Notes under the pieces: model-generated
Seen by the model: only the letters and a program-made list of their open reading frames with translations
What the model was told of the DNA's origin: nothing
Database searches by the model: none
Source of the DNA: Wallemia ichthyophaga EXF-994
Taxonomy: Eukaryota; Fungi; Basidiomycota
DNA: 32,000 bases
Reading direction: 5' to 3'
Assembly (NCBI RefSeq): GCF_000400465.1
Contig: NW_008806279.1
Location: forward strand, 116,107-148,106
Part shown: one piece after another, positions 1 through 11,239 of the stretch
Position numbering within the stretch: position 1 is the stretch's first letter
Layout of the letters: each line of letters opens with the position of its first letter
Position numbers and translations under genes: made by a program

Positions 1-1367
1 CGACACATACAATCCCTACAACGCACCAGCAGTAGCAGCAGCAGCGCCAGCTAGCGTAGCACCGCCACCAACCAACAGCGCAGCTACAGGCCCTCCACCT
101 CAACGTCCAGCCTCACAAAGGAGGGATCTATCAGGGTGGAATGATGCGCCACCACCGCCACCACCTAAGCGCGAACGCGGCGCTACACCATCGAGCGGCA
201 GCAGAGCATCGCCAATCGTGCAGCCCTTAACAAGCCCATTCCCTAACTCTCCAGCACCTACACCAGGTATGGGCATGGGCATGGGTGGGGTAATGGGTGG
301 ACCGACACCAGCAGTGGGAGGGGTAGTGCCACCGCCACCAAAAGCAGGTGAGTGGTATGTGTTTTTGGTTTAATTAATGTTGCTAACATGAGAGTAACAG
401 GTCCTAGAAGCGTGCCACCGCCAGCAGCTGTTCCACCACCACCACCAAAAAGTCAGCCTGCACCGCCACCAGTAGCTGCACCACCACCACCACCACCAGC
501 TGGCTCAGGACCACCAGCCCCACCAGGCCCGCCAGGTAGAGTGGGTGTACCACCATTCGCTCAGCAGGTACCACCACCGGGACCGCAAGGTGGAGGTGGA
601 CCGCCATTCGCTCAGCAACAAGCGCCACCACCCCCAGGCCCACCAGGCCCACCACCAGCAAGGATGATGAGTCCTGGATTTGCACAGCAGCAGATGTCGC
701 CACCACCAGGTCCACCAGGATCAGCCCCCGGTGCAGCTCCAGTGCAGTCATTCGGTGCGGCAGCTAATGGAATACAGAGACCTGGATCAGTGAATGGGGT
801 GAATGGGGTGAATACAGCAGGAGGATACAGACAGACACCACCACCACCACCACCACCGCACGTGATTCAGCAGGCAATGCAACCACAACAACGAGGAGCG
901 CAGTCAGTCCACCACCTGTGGCTAGCCCACCAATGTCGAATGTAGCTGCATATACGGTGTCGAGACCAGGAAGTGTTGCTAGTCCGGGTGTGAGTGAAGC
1001 ACCAGCACCAGCACCAGCAGCACCCACATTCCCACCAGGCGACCGCAGCCATATACCACCAATCGACAGACCGATATTCGAAAGCCTGTCTCGGGAGATA
1101 GAGAAAGCACGCAGTGTAGCACAGCCAAACACCAGGAGAATGGTGGATGATACACAGAACAGACTGAACAGCTTGTTTGATGGGCTCAATGCGCAGAGCA
1201 TGCAGAGTGAAGCGGTGTTGAACAAATTGCGTAACGTAGCAGCTGCATTGACAGCGAGGGATTATCCCAACGCAATGAATATCGCAGTGGAAATTATGGG
1301 ATCTGGTGAAGCAGATATGAGATGGGCATTGGGATTGAAGCAGCTTATTAAAATATCAGAAAGATAG
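1..1367 (+). CDS. SEC31: COPII outer-coat protein Sec31, 3' part (Pro-rich region and C-terminal helical domain); 5'-truncated by the window edge; reading-frame discontinuity near 901-908
   Basis: Frame starting at nt 2 reads ...RRDLSGWNDAPPPPPPK (GWND motif). A GT-AG intron at 348-400 has a gctaac branch site. A long Pro-rich tract follows, then the C-terminal PPGDRSHIP...RRMVDDTQNRLNSLFDGLN...RWALGLKQLIK typical of Sec31. Stop at 1365-1367. Confidence 0.9.
790..816 (+). repeat. Short coding tandem repeat GTGAATGGG (about 3 units; VNG-VNG-VN) within Sec31
   Basis: gtgaatggg gtgaatggg gtgaataca is directly visible. Confidence 0.75.
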
Positions 1368-1872
1368 TGTTTTAAGAGTTTTATAATGAATTTGCTTTAT
1401 TCAAATATTTCTAGGGTTATCGGGTAGAAATTGAGTAGATCCGTCTAATCGTCTTCTTTACTCATACATTGAAGATTATTGTATTGGTTTGGTAGCAACC
1501 ACACCAAATCAATCTATCGTTCTTCATAGAGTGGACTTACGGAGATTCACTGAAAGTGTCTGTCTATCTTTGTGGCTGGCTCTTCAAAATTTCTTCGGAC
1601 ATGTTGTACAACAGATAAATATTTATGTGGTGTAATTATTATGTGTGTCGGAATCGCCGGGTGTGCTGAGATATTGTCTGATTTTATTACTCGTAATCGT
1701 CGCTGCCGTGCGTTGGATATACCAGAGCAGCCACGCAAAAGAAGAAAAGGAGATAGATTTGCCTGTAAATAGAACATCACACTCGAAATACATATGAATA
1801 TCATTTTTAAACTCTTGGAGCTGTCCACTCAGACCAATTGGTTCTGCCTCACGACCATCAGCATCTAAAGAA

Positions 1873-2243
1873 ATGTCATAGTGAGTGTGAGAGAGGGAGA
1901 TGACATGGAGATATTAACAAAACGTAGCAACATCGGTGGAATGAAGATTCTTAACGAGTACTTAGCGCTGTTAGTCGGTAGTTGAATAAAACGAACTCAA
2001 CTCACACTACACAGCGGCACAATGGGTATCACAGGTGGATTAGCAGCCTGGGCTTCATCTGGACCTTCAAAGCCAAAGCAAGCTGCACCAGAAGCTGCTG
2101 CTGGTAGTGCGAACCCATCGTGAGTTGTGGAGTTGTGAAGAGGCAGGCGGAAATGCTCACAATACACTCACAGAAAAGAGGAAGATGAATTCATTAAGAA
2201 CTTTGTCGCTGAATTTGAAAAGTCTGAAAAGGAGGGCAAGTAG
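1873..2243 (+). CDS. ATP19: Mitochondrial ATP synthase subunit k (Atp19), 4 exons; absent from the ORF track
   Basis: Exons 1873-1880, 1928-1969, 2015-2119 and 2174-2243 are joined by GT-AG introns of 47, 45 and 54 nt. The product is MSYNIGGMKILNEYLALGTMGITGGLAAWASSGPSKPKQAAPEAAAGSANPSKEEDEFIKNFVAEFEKSEKEGK*, with the subunit-k-like NEYLALGT and EEDEFIKNF motifs. Confidence 0.85.
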
Positions 2244-2353
2244 CTTGTTGTAGCTTGTGCGCGTAGATGAATATCCATTTGAACATATTGAGTACATTCG
2301 TATAGATATTTGAACATTTATTGGTACAGTATATATTTATTATACAAATTCAG

Positions 2354-2863
2354 TCAAGAACGCATTTTTATAATATCTTCAAGTGGTAGATCTCCCTATA
2401 ATCAATTGTTAGGAATGTTACCTTGTAGATACTCCAACACACCTTCCAAACTTCATCCAGCGCTTTATCGTATATATCCACCGTGTACACGTTGCGTGCT
2501 ATTTGATAGTACGCCAGTATATGTGCATCTGGGCCTGTAGCTAGGTTAATGACTTTATTTTTACCGCCCATTTATCCCACCTAGATACTGATCTTTACGC
2601 GCTTTGCCTACTGGTTCAGAGACATAATTCAAACCACCTGCATAATTCCAATCGCAATGAGCAGCGTAGTGGAGATAAATGAATTTATGCAAGTTGACAC
2701 CGCGATCAACGCTAATCAGTTCAGTTGCTCTATTGTCATATGAGAGCGGTAGATAGATGGATACCTTGGCAGGTGAAACGAATGCATCCACAGATGGATG
2801 CTTGCCCACTGACCAAGCCTTTGATTTATCGCCTCCCCACACGCGTTTATATTCCAATTCCAT
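2354..2863 (-). CDS. Hypothetical protein, about 140 aa, at least 3 exons; no family recognised
   Basis: ORF pieces 2561-2863 and 2368-2571 join in frame through GT-AG introns at 2535-2580 (46 nt) and 2396-2442 (47 nt). These are typical intron sizes here. The product ends ...[48 protein letters not shown]. The start codon is uncertain. Confidence 0.65.
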
Positions 2864-2964
2864 GGCCTGCTTTGCTTATCAAGTTTATTTAAATTTTCGC
2901 CTTTCAAGAATTTCAACTTGGCGACAGCCTTCTCTTTTCGCTACGAAAAAGTTCTTGACTTAAA

Positions 2965-3382
2965 ATGGTGTGTATTTGCAGCAGGCTATAAATCCACACT
3001 CACCCCACTCCCACAGCCAAAAGCCGCTGCCGCCAAACCACAACACAAGTTCGTCCTCGACTACTCGAAGCCTGCTGAAGATAAGGTCTTCGATGGTCAA
3101 GCGTTCGAACAATACCTTGTAGAGCGCATCAAGGTTGAGGGCAAGACTGGCCAGCTCGGCGACAACGTCAAGATTGGTAGATCAGGTGACAAGCTCATCG
3201 TTACCAGCAACATTCCTTTCTCAAAGCGCTACCTTAAGTACCTCACTAAGAAGTACCTCCGTAAGCAACAGCTTAAGGAGTGGCTTAGAGTTGTTGCTAC
3301 CTCAAAGGACACCTACTCTCTCCGCTTCTACTCTGTCGACTTCCCTGGTGCGGAAGACGAGGAGGAGGAAGATGAAGAGTAA
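2965..3382 (+). CDS. RPL22: 60S ribosomal protein L22 (eL22)
   Basis: ATG at 2965-2967, intron at 2968-3016, then [19 protein letters not shown]...[12 protein letters not shown]...[28 protein letters not shown], with an acidic tail. Confidence 0.97.
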
Positions 3383-3550
3383 GTGTAGCACTTGGTCTTT
3401 TTCGTCTTTGGGTTTTTACGAGCGTCCCAAATAAACAAGCTTGTGATAGCCTGGGCGACATTCCCAGAAGATAAATGAAATATTAGTACAACAGGGTATG
3501 GTGTGCGGTGTGCGAGAAGTGTGCGTCATGTATTTCTCCGTATCTAGTTG

Positions 3551-4884
3551 CTACTCCACCTCTTCCACCTCTCCAAACTCCCATTTGAAGCAATCAATGC
3601 AATCTTCTGGCGAGTGTGTTAGTGCAGCTAATAGTGAAAATCCCTCGCACCCTCCGAAGTTGGCTTTGGGACATAAGCCACGCCATCGTCGTCCTCCCAT
3701 TCTTGCTCGAGAATTTCTTTTATAACAGTAAGGATGCGATGATGTCTAAGATCGACAGCCCAACCGAGTTTAGACACTGTATCATAAACAATGCTCATAC
3801 CCGTATGGCAGCGAGTTTCAAGAGCGAAGCCTACGGCGTTGCACGGTGAGAGTAAGCCATTACACGTGCCCTGCGCGACGGGGTCAGCAGTATGATAGAC
3901 GTGCCACACCGCCGTCAACTCGGGAGGTATAGAAGGGAGGTGAAGGCGTTGCGCGGGAATCCTATCGCCCGGTGTCTCGAAAGTAACAGCCGGAAGGCCA
4001 AAAGTGAGCCCTAGCATGGAAGCGAGGGCGCCGCCGAGACTGTGCCCCGTCAACCAGATATCGGCATGCGGGTAGGCAAAGCTGATACGGTCGAGCAGCT
4101 GCGTTGCGTCCGGGTAGTACACACTGTCCGCTTGCACTGCCCGCTCGAGACATTGCTCACGACACGCCCACCTTCCCGCGTAGCAGTCGCACACGGGCGT
4201 CCATGTCCAGCTCACGCGCGCACAGCAGCAGCTGAACAGGAGGTTATCCTGTGGAGGTGAGTGTGAGTGTGTGTATCGTCGAGAATCACCACCTCCACTC
4301 ACATTGAACTTGTCATTCTTCGCAGAGGGTCCTCCGCCCCCAATCAACCCCGCGGATGTGCCCTTGATGGACACGACTACGCTGCTGTTGTCAGATGAGG
4401 CGAATATGTGCCCGCGTAGCCCGTCGTCGCTGTTACGCCACCCGAAGGACTCCACCGTCGTGAGTGGACTCGGTGGTGGTATCCAGCTTTCGTCGGATGG
4501 CGTCACATAGGCATTCTGTGCTAGCCGAGCCATCGTTAGCAGCGTCTGCCTGTCTGTGACGTTTGGGACTTTCACATCAATATCGTCGAATATTGTTGTG
4601 GTGAGTGTGTCGTGGGTGCTTGTGTGTATTGGTCGGCGGATTTTCTTGCGCGTTGATTTGAGATTTGGTGTGTGTGTGTCGTTTGCTTCGTATGCGTCGT
4701 ATGCGTCGTATGCGTCGTGTGTTCCCCTTAGCAGCAACAAATCCAAATCGACCGCATCGATAGCGATCCTCTTGTAGTCGTAAAGCAGCCACGTCAATGC
4801 CACAGTCATTGCTACTGCCACTGCAATCGCTCGTCTCCGCACTATCGCCATCGTTATCATCGACATCATCGACATCATCGTCAT
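3551..4884 (-). CDS. ATG15: Vacuolar/autophagy lipase Atg15 (class 3 lipase fold)
   Basis: Has an N-terminal TM segment, FGW...GLRGHIF, VVSIKGTS, DKFN/DNLLFSCCCARVSWTW and the GHSLGG nucleophile motif. Introns at 4249-4302 and 3607-3650; the last exon reads EDCIDCFKWEFGEVEEVE*. Several tandem ATGs make the start uncertain. Confidence 0.93.
4688..4717 (-). repeat. 9-bp coding tandem repeat (DAY x3) in the ATG15 N-terminal region
   Basis: tcgtatgcg repeated three times on the + strand. Confidence 0.75.
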
Positions 4885-4962
4885 AGTTGAAGATAACGAT
4901 ATTTATCCACATGCACATGAATTTTATGTATCAACTTGCATTTATTCTCCTTGAGAAATTTT

Positions 4963-5781
4963 CTACAACATACGTCTAATCTTACGACAGATTCTATAGA
5001 ACCAGTGGAGGTTGAGGGTATTGAGTGTGATATTGCCTACGACATACAATCCAACTATATGTCCAGGCAGGCTGTCGTAGTTTTCCCTGATGCTTTCGAA
5101 GAAGACAGCGCTCATATAGCCACCGAAGGCGATGCGCGCGAGGAAGAAGGAAGCAGTGAGAGCGATACCATTAGCCACGTACCACATAGAGGTTCTTTTA
5201 TGAGTGCGATCGAGGAACCTGCGATGAGGAACGACGTCAGCCACGTGTTACACCACCACGCATTCACCTACCAATTGAGATTCACAAACGGTGTGCTCGC
5301 CTCCCACAGCAGAAACGCCGGTCCAAGATTCATGAACATTGGGGTGAAGCTGTACAGATAAGCTAACCCGCTGAACGCGCCATGCGCGACAAAGACGGCA
5401 GAGCGGGTATACAATTCATACAGCACATCCCAGGCGAAATAGCCCAGTGAGAAGGCGTGCAAACTTCCTATCAGCCTGTCGTATCCGTGTATATTGCGAC
5501 TGAGCGCTAGCGGTGAGGCGCGCAACACGTAGAGCGATGCGGGCGCTGTAAGGAGTGAATGCACTAGCGATACACTGTGTGCATTCCAATCCAGCTTGTC
5601 TGTGCTGCTCAGCTGCCTATAAACCTTGGAATAGCGACGTGACACTACATCCGATAGCTTCGAAACGCCGTAACACCCCACGAAGCATATGGCGAATGGT
5701 GCTAGACCTGTTAGTTGCGCTCAGTTCATTCTCCTCCTCCCACCCACGCCAATGGTCCTGAAAATATTGCGGTAACAACAT
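4963..5781 (-). CDS. TLC (TRAM/LAG1/CLN8)-domain membrane protein, TMEM56/Tda4-like
   Basis: Motifs WNAHSVSLVHS, GYFAWD, FVAHG, LLWEASTPFVNLNW/FLD, FFLARI and LNTLNLHWF. Intron at 5219-5271 and another at about 5708-5747. The start codon is approximate. Confidence 0.85.
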
Positions 5782-5944
5782 AATCCTCGTGATCGTCAGA
5801 AGCAACAACGTCATTGGAGATTTGATAGGATAATCGTGATGATATATATTACAAGTTGCTTGGGTATAGCTGTACGTTGCGATGAAGGGTGTTAAGGCTT
5901 GCATGTTTCAGTGTCTTGTTATCTTTTAGACCACTTTTAGACCA

Positions 5945-6970
5945 TCAGTCAAAGCACTGACAGTGCTTACTGCCAGCCTTATGTTGACCGCCACAAGCAT
6001 GTTCGTTGATGAAAGATGGTTGATTGCCTGTATCTTTGTTAGCTCTATCGCATTCCTACAAAAACCACCCACAGTCAAATATCACAGGCCAGGACCTTTC
6101 GAGCGAGTGGCCGATGAATGGATTGCTGGGGTCGTTCTTGTTCGCAAACCACCATTGCGTCTCGTCATGTATAGCATCACCGGATGGAGCCTCGATCAGG
6201 TTGAGCATCTCAACATACCTCCCAAGTGGATTGTTGAGTATCCTATCCTGCGACACGAGAAACTGACCAGCCCATGTGACCAACTGGTCCTGATCATCTG
6301 GACACTCCGTGCCTGTAAACAGCTGATAGATACTTTTCATTTGCGGCAGGGTATGTCCTTCAGTTACGCCGCAGTTGCCTCTGACGTAAGGACCTAGACT
6401 GAGAAATGCAGATGACGGGAGAATGAAGTTGAGTCTGTCGTACATAATCCAATACCAGGCTGGGTGTGGCTGCAGAAACAGTGTTTTGTCTGCAAGGACG
6501 AGATCTTGTGAAGTGTTGAGATTGTCGGGGAAGATAGTTGCTTTGTAGCGCTGTATTATATGGTGGAGGTATGTGCCACCCTCTCTTCCGACATTTGGGA
6601 GGTAGACTACGTTATCAACTATCTTGCCAAGCTTCTTGCTTAGCTCATCACTCGGTTCCTGCTTCACGTAGACAGTATCAGACAGCTTGAACCTCCAGTG
6701 CAGGCGCTGTCTGATAAGATTAGCAAAGCCGCTAAACTTGTCGATATCCTCGTTGTAGTACGCGTATACTATCTCCAGCGTAGGCCTTCTAAGCAGCTGC
6801 AAAGATATCTTCCAGACTATAACCAGAACAAGTGTCAATAATAGCGCTATGAGTATCCGCTTCATCTTTGGTTTCTTCTGGCTGTTAGTTCTAGACGACT
6901 GTGTCGATTGCGGCTGCTTTATATGCTTCGATGGACTCAGTGGTGGTGACAGCGGTGGCGTATTATACAT
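5945..6970 (-). CDS. Type II membrane protein of the DUF3431-like family (glycosyltransferase-like)
   Basis: A TM segment (ILIALLLTLVLVIVW) is followed by LPNVGREGGTYLHHII, TLFLQPH and GHSLERSWPVIFDC. An intron at 6028-6072 gives a Cys-rich final exon ...CGGQHKAGSKHCQCFD*. Confidence 0.75.
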
Positions 6971-7161
6971 TGCACAACTATATTTTCTTCTTGATCGTCG
7001 CGCCGGAAGGATAGGCTGGTATGCCTGGAACACAACTCCATGTAATCAAATATTAATTCCCTATCAAGTAATACATATGCAAGTACAATGTAATTTATAT
7101 TAAGATGGTGCTTATGATATTGAATACATCAAGGAAATTCCAGGTACTCCGTTTGATCGCG

Positions 7162-7785
7162 CTAGTGCAGCTCTTGACACAATAGCTTAACGTTTATAAT
7201 CCCTGTGTCAAGACCTCTTATTGGTATAATCTCTGAGCCACTGGGGGTGTTTGCAGTAGCCATCCACGCCTTGTTGTCCTGGGTTATGTCATCCTTCATT
7301 TCCAACAGAACTGCAAATGTCAAGTCTTCTTGCTCACTTATTGGTTCAAGCAAAGCGTCTAAGCTCGACAACCTCACCAGTATTGATCTTGCGTAGTTGC
7401 CAATCTCAGACTTTTTCAAACCGCCGACAAATTCTTCGTCTTTGAGATTTTCCGGTATTTCACCTGCGACTACATTTGAGATATTGAATATGAATCTCTC
7501 GATCGGTACATCTTGCGTGTTCTTTATTAGTATGATTACATTCTCCACGTTATCCTCGTGCAGCTCCACCTTGACGCATCTGATTAGCTCTGCTATATAG
7601 CTCTGTACCACTGCCACTCTACTCTTGTACACAATTGCTCCCCACTTCTGCTTCCTCTCGAATGTGAATTGTGGATACACTTGCCGTATCTGTAGGATGG
7701 AGTGCAGGCTAATCTCTATAATATCCCCAATGAGTTCCACGTTTTCATTGTAGCTGAGTGAATTTTCTTGGGTGCTATCAACCAT
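7162..7785 (-). CDS. REV7: HORMA-domain protein Rev7/Mad2B (DNA polymerase zeta accessory subunit)
   Basis: IEISLHSILQIRQVYPQFTFERKQKWGAIVYKSR, PIERFIF, and LLEPI...LTFAVLLEM. Confidence 0.85.
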   Translation of the reverse strand: MVDSTQENSLSYNENVELIGDIIEISLHSILQIRQVYPQFTFERKQKWGAIVYKSRVAVVQSYIAELIRCVKVELHEDNVENVIILIKNTQDVPIERFIFNISNVVAGEIPENLKDEEFVGGLKKSEIGNYARSILVRLSSLDALLEPISEQEDLTFAVLLEMKDDITQDNKAWMATANTPSGSEIIPIRGLDTGIINVKLLCQELH

Positions 7786-7978
7786 TGGGTTATTGTGGGT
7801 GATAGGTGATGTAAGGTGCAAGTCGTTCAAATTAAGAGATGGGTGAGTAAAATAAGAGATTTGAGTAGATTAGCCACTACCGCATCAAATCACCTCAACC
7901 ATTTCCCACTCCGCCTCCTCCTTCCTTTTTCCGGTATAAAACCACTTCTTAATCCGTTACAGTCACCAGCAAATTACT

Positions 7979-8672
7979 ATGTCACAAACGACTAGCCCAG
8001 TTACCTCAGCACCAACATCGCCCTCCAAGCAATGGCCAAACCCAATGGAGGTGGGTGTCGCTATGCGCTGTGCGTAGCCACCACTAACCAACGCCCCTCA
8101 GAACGTGCAAACTCCACTCGACAAGGATGAAGTGCACCAAGTGATTGGTAAACACGCGCAACCAAATTCTAACAAAATTTTAAGTGAGTGCAGTTCACTA
8201 TCTACTACGCCCGCCTAACACCTCCCCAGTCGGTTGGAAAAACTCCCCAGAAGGAAACAAAGCGCTGGATCACTACCTCAACAAGGTCTGCAGACAAGGC
8301 GACCACGTCATCCTCCTCGTTGTTCTCCCTACGTCCCTCTTCAAGACTTCTGGCTTCGGCACGGATGATAGAAAAATGGAGCGTAAGGCTTTGCGTGATA
8401 TGCAGGAGCACGCACAGACACTATCCGTTGAGAAGATAAAGCTTATTGAGGAGAAGGGTGCAACGGCATCCCTCGAAATCGTTCACGGAGAGCGTAGATA
8501 TGTTATTGAGTGGCTCGCTCACAGACGCTCTGTCGATCTCATCATCCTCGGCAGAAAGAAGGGTCATGCTCCTGCAAAGGGTCTCTCAAAGGTGTTCATG
8601 GGTCACCCTGTTGGATCTACCGTGCAGCACGTCCTTCACAAGGTCTCAGTGCCCGTTTTGGTTGTCAACTAA
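7979..8672 (+). CDS. Universal stress protein (USP/UspA) domain protein
   Basis: Exons 7979-8050, 8102-8183 and 8230-8672. Motifs KILIGWKNSPEGNKALDHYL, DLIILGRK and GSTVQHVLHKVSVPVLVV. Confidence 0.85.
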
Positions 8673-8823
8673 GCGTTGAGCAGTTGTTTGTCTGCGGATT
8701 GGATTCTTTTCTCTTATATTCTACTTCTACTTCGTATAATTATACATGTCACTTTACTTTAACGCGTAGCTGATACAAGATGGTGAGATTCATGATTCTT
8801 TGTGCTCTACCCATTACAACCAT

Positions 8824-9906
8824 TCAAAGCTTAGACTGGGGTATGTCGCGCTTCTTCCTCGCATACCCCATTCCCAAGACAACCTTTCCTGCCTGACTGT
8901 CGTTCTTCATTTCAAACGCCAGCACCTCACCAAGATCCCAGATACGCGTGGAGAGAGTATCGCCTGGGGAGACAGGTGAAGTGAATCTAGCGCCAACAGC
9001 GACGATAGCGCCGGGATCCCCACCGCCGATACCAACGATAAGGGCGCGAGTTGCGATACCATAAGTTGCGAGACCGTGCAAAATGGGTGCTTTGAAACCA
9101 GCCATCTTTGCCATAGCGGGATCGATGTGAAGGGGGTTATAATCACCGCTGAGTCGGTAGAGCGCTGCCTGGTCTTTGGACGTCTGCTCGGTGATGACGA
9201 CATCGGCGTCGCGCGCTGGCACGGGCGGTGCGGCAGGAGGACCAGCTACAGCGCGCGAGAAACGCGTTCCTGTCTTTGCACCGACATTGAATGTGGAAGA
9301 CTGCACGAACAAGTGGATTGGGTGCGTTAGTGAGTGGGATTTGGAATATGAGAGTATGTCCCACTCACAAACATCCTGGCGTACACGTTACTGCCGTTGC
9401 AGAGAGTGGATTCAGTATCGACGACAATCCCTTTGGCTGGCGTTGGTGTTAGATAGTGGATAAATCAATACCACCGCTACCGACCATTCTCGTGGACACC
9501 GACGATGCGCTTCTTCATCACAAATACGTCACCGTCGTCGCGGCTGTCGAGAGGCAGGGGCTTGAGCATCTCGCAGTACTGAGAGCCGTGCAATATCCGC
9601 CCTGGATCCATCTCAGGCAGACCGGGTACATTGCCGGACATCTTGCTGGCATAAGCGAAGAAATCAACGACGGTGCTGCTGTCACCTTTGAAATTAAGCA
9701 CAACGGGATACGTGGGGAGTGCAGCAAACGCTGCGTCGTTCTCGTAGACGAGACTTAATTCGCTGGCTTTGGATCCCACCCCGAGTGCGTATACTGTTCT
9801 TGTCGTTAGCTGTGTATTATTATTTACTGCCAAGCTCACATAGCAAATCACGCGTATTCCAGCTCACTTTCTCGTCCTCGAATTTGAAATCAAGTGCTTT
9901 GTCCAT
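8824..9906 (-). CDS. MaoC-like (hot-dog fold) enoyl-CoA hydratase 2 / peroxisomal dehydratase
   Basis: Spliced product begins MDKALDFKFEDEKVSWNTRDLLLYALGVG and includes LPTYPVVL, RILHGSQ and the hydratase-2 motif LYRLSGDYNPLHIDP...PILHGL. It has three GT-AG introns and ends in -SKL (PTS1). Confidence 0.92.
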
Positions 9907-10061
9907 CGTTTTGGTTTAAGCGCTTGTAAGCGGTGGAATCGCAATTACCTACCAATAGCAAACCAACCAATTTATGCCAGGGAATTTACTACATAAACAT
10001 TCTATTCAATACAAATTCAATAATAATATTATTTCTCTTTAAAGTGAAAAACTTCACTTCC

Positions 10062-11132
10062 TCACTCACGAGTATCAAACGCTTTGACTAGTCCATACGC
10101 TGATCCGGCGGCAAGTCCACCCACTGCTACCATGCTTACACCACCATACAAATAACCTCCAACTCCGCCCTGAAAGAGTGAGTTAGCAAAGTTCAAAGCA
10201 TTTAAAAAGCATCAATCACTCACTGTACCACCCGTGAAATGTTGCTTCAAGACTCCAAACATAAAGAGAACCAGGCCTGTAACCAGAATGGACACTCTAA
10301 AGGCTTCGTGTGCCTCCTCGATGAAGAAGAAGGGGAGAAGTGGCCACATACCCCCAAGAGCATAACCCATGCCGACGGTGAGAGCAGATTTGATCAGTTT
10401 GGAGGTGGGTACCTCTTCGACATTCTCGCCATACTTGAGAAGGAAAGCGGTGAGGCCGTGCTCATCAGACCATCTAAGATTGGTGGTTGGGAGAGGCGTA
10501 GGTTTCCTACCAAACTTGATAGCGAGCGATCTGAGGAAAGAGGGCGGTTGAGGTGGTGCAGGTGGTTCCAGTTGGGAGAGCTGTGCAGCGACGCCATTGG
10601 ACAACTCCTGCGATACACCCACAGCGCCGAGAACATCATGAACCTCGCGCTCCATCTCACCCGCACAGCTACGCGCAACTCTCTGACGCGTAACTCTGCG
10701 CAGGTATTTAAAGTGATTCATTTCAGCCTCTGAACTGAGAAAGCCACCCAGCCCCATGGAAATGGATCCAGCTAGCACCTCACTGAGACCACCGAGAATA
10801 ACGAGCTTCGAATCGCCCAAACCGGCCAAACCAGCAACTAGCGCAGGCGGTACAGCCAAACCATCACTCAAACCTATGACAAGATCTGAGACTGTGTCGG
10901 GATCAATCCACAAATCGCGTTCGTCTTCGCCTTTCAATTCTCTACAGCACACGCCGCGCGCGTGCTTGTCGCATTTGTTGGGGTCGTCGTTGTCGTCGCT
11001 CGCGTCGTTACCGTGGCTGGTCATCCACACTGGCTCATTCTCCACTCTCTCAACGACATCCTGGCTCCTTTTTGGCAGCTTATTCTGCAGGCAAGATCCG
11101 CCGCAACAATCTTTTGGATTTTCGCAGGCCAT
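10062..11132 (-). CDS. CCC1: Vacuolar iron/manganese transporter, VIT1/Ccc1 family
   Basis: VIGLSDGL, SEVLAGSISMGLGGFL, RSCAGEMEREV and GGMWPLLPFF. An intron at 10170-10223 adds the final TM exon GGVGGYLYGGVSMVAVGGLAAGSAYGLVKAFDTRE*. Confidence 0.93.
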
Positions 11133-11239
11133 TTGGTGGTGGTGGTGTTGGTGATGGAGAAGATAAAGGGAGATAAAATATAAAAATATTCAAATGGCTT
11201 GTAATTTATTCATATCTTATACCTACCCATCTCACCACC

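Noticed and set aside
790-830. Possible 41-nt intron that would fix the SEC31 frame
   Set aside because: The donor is weak (GTGAAT), there is no branch site, and it would turn the expected poly-Pro tract into poly-Thr.
1400-1870. Short ORFs on both strands (1547-1828 -, 1572-1772 +) and an open minus-strand frame ending ...NNYTT*
   Set aside because: No recognisable motif and no convincing splice pattern. The region may be UTR or promoter, or an undetected small gene; it is left uncalled.
2918-2964. N-terminal extension of RPL22 in the ORF track
   Set aside because: An artefact of a TTG start and read-through of an intron. The real start is the ATG at 2965.
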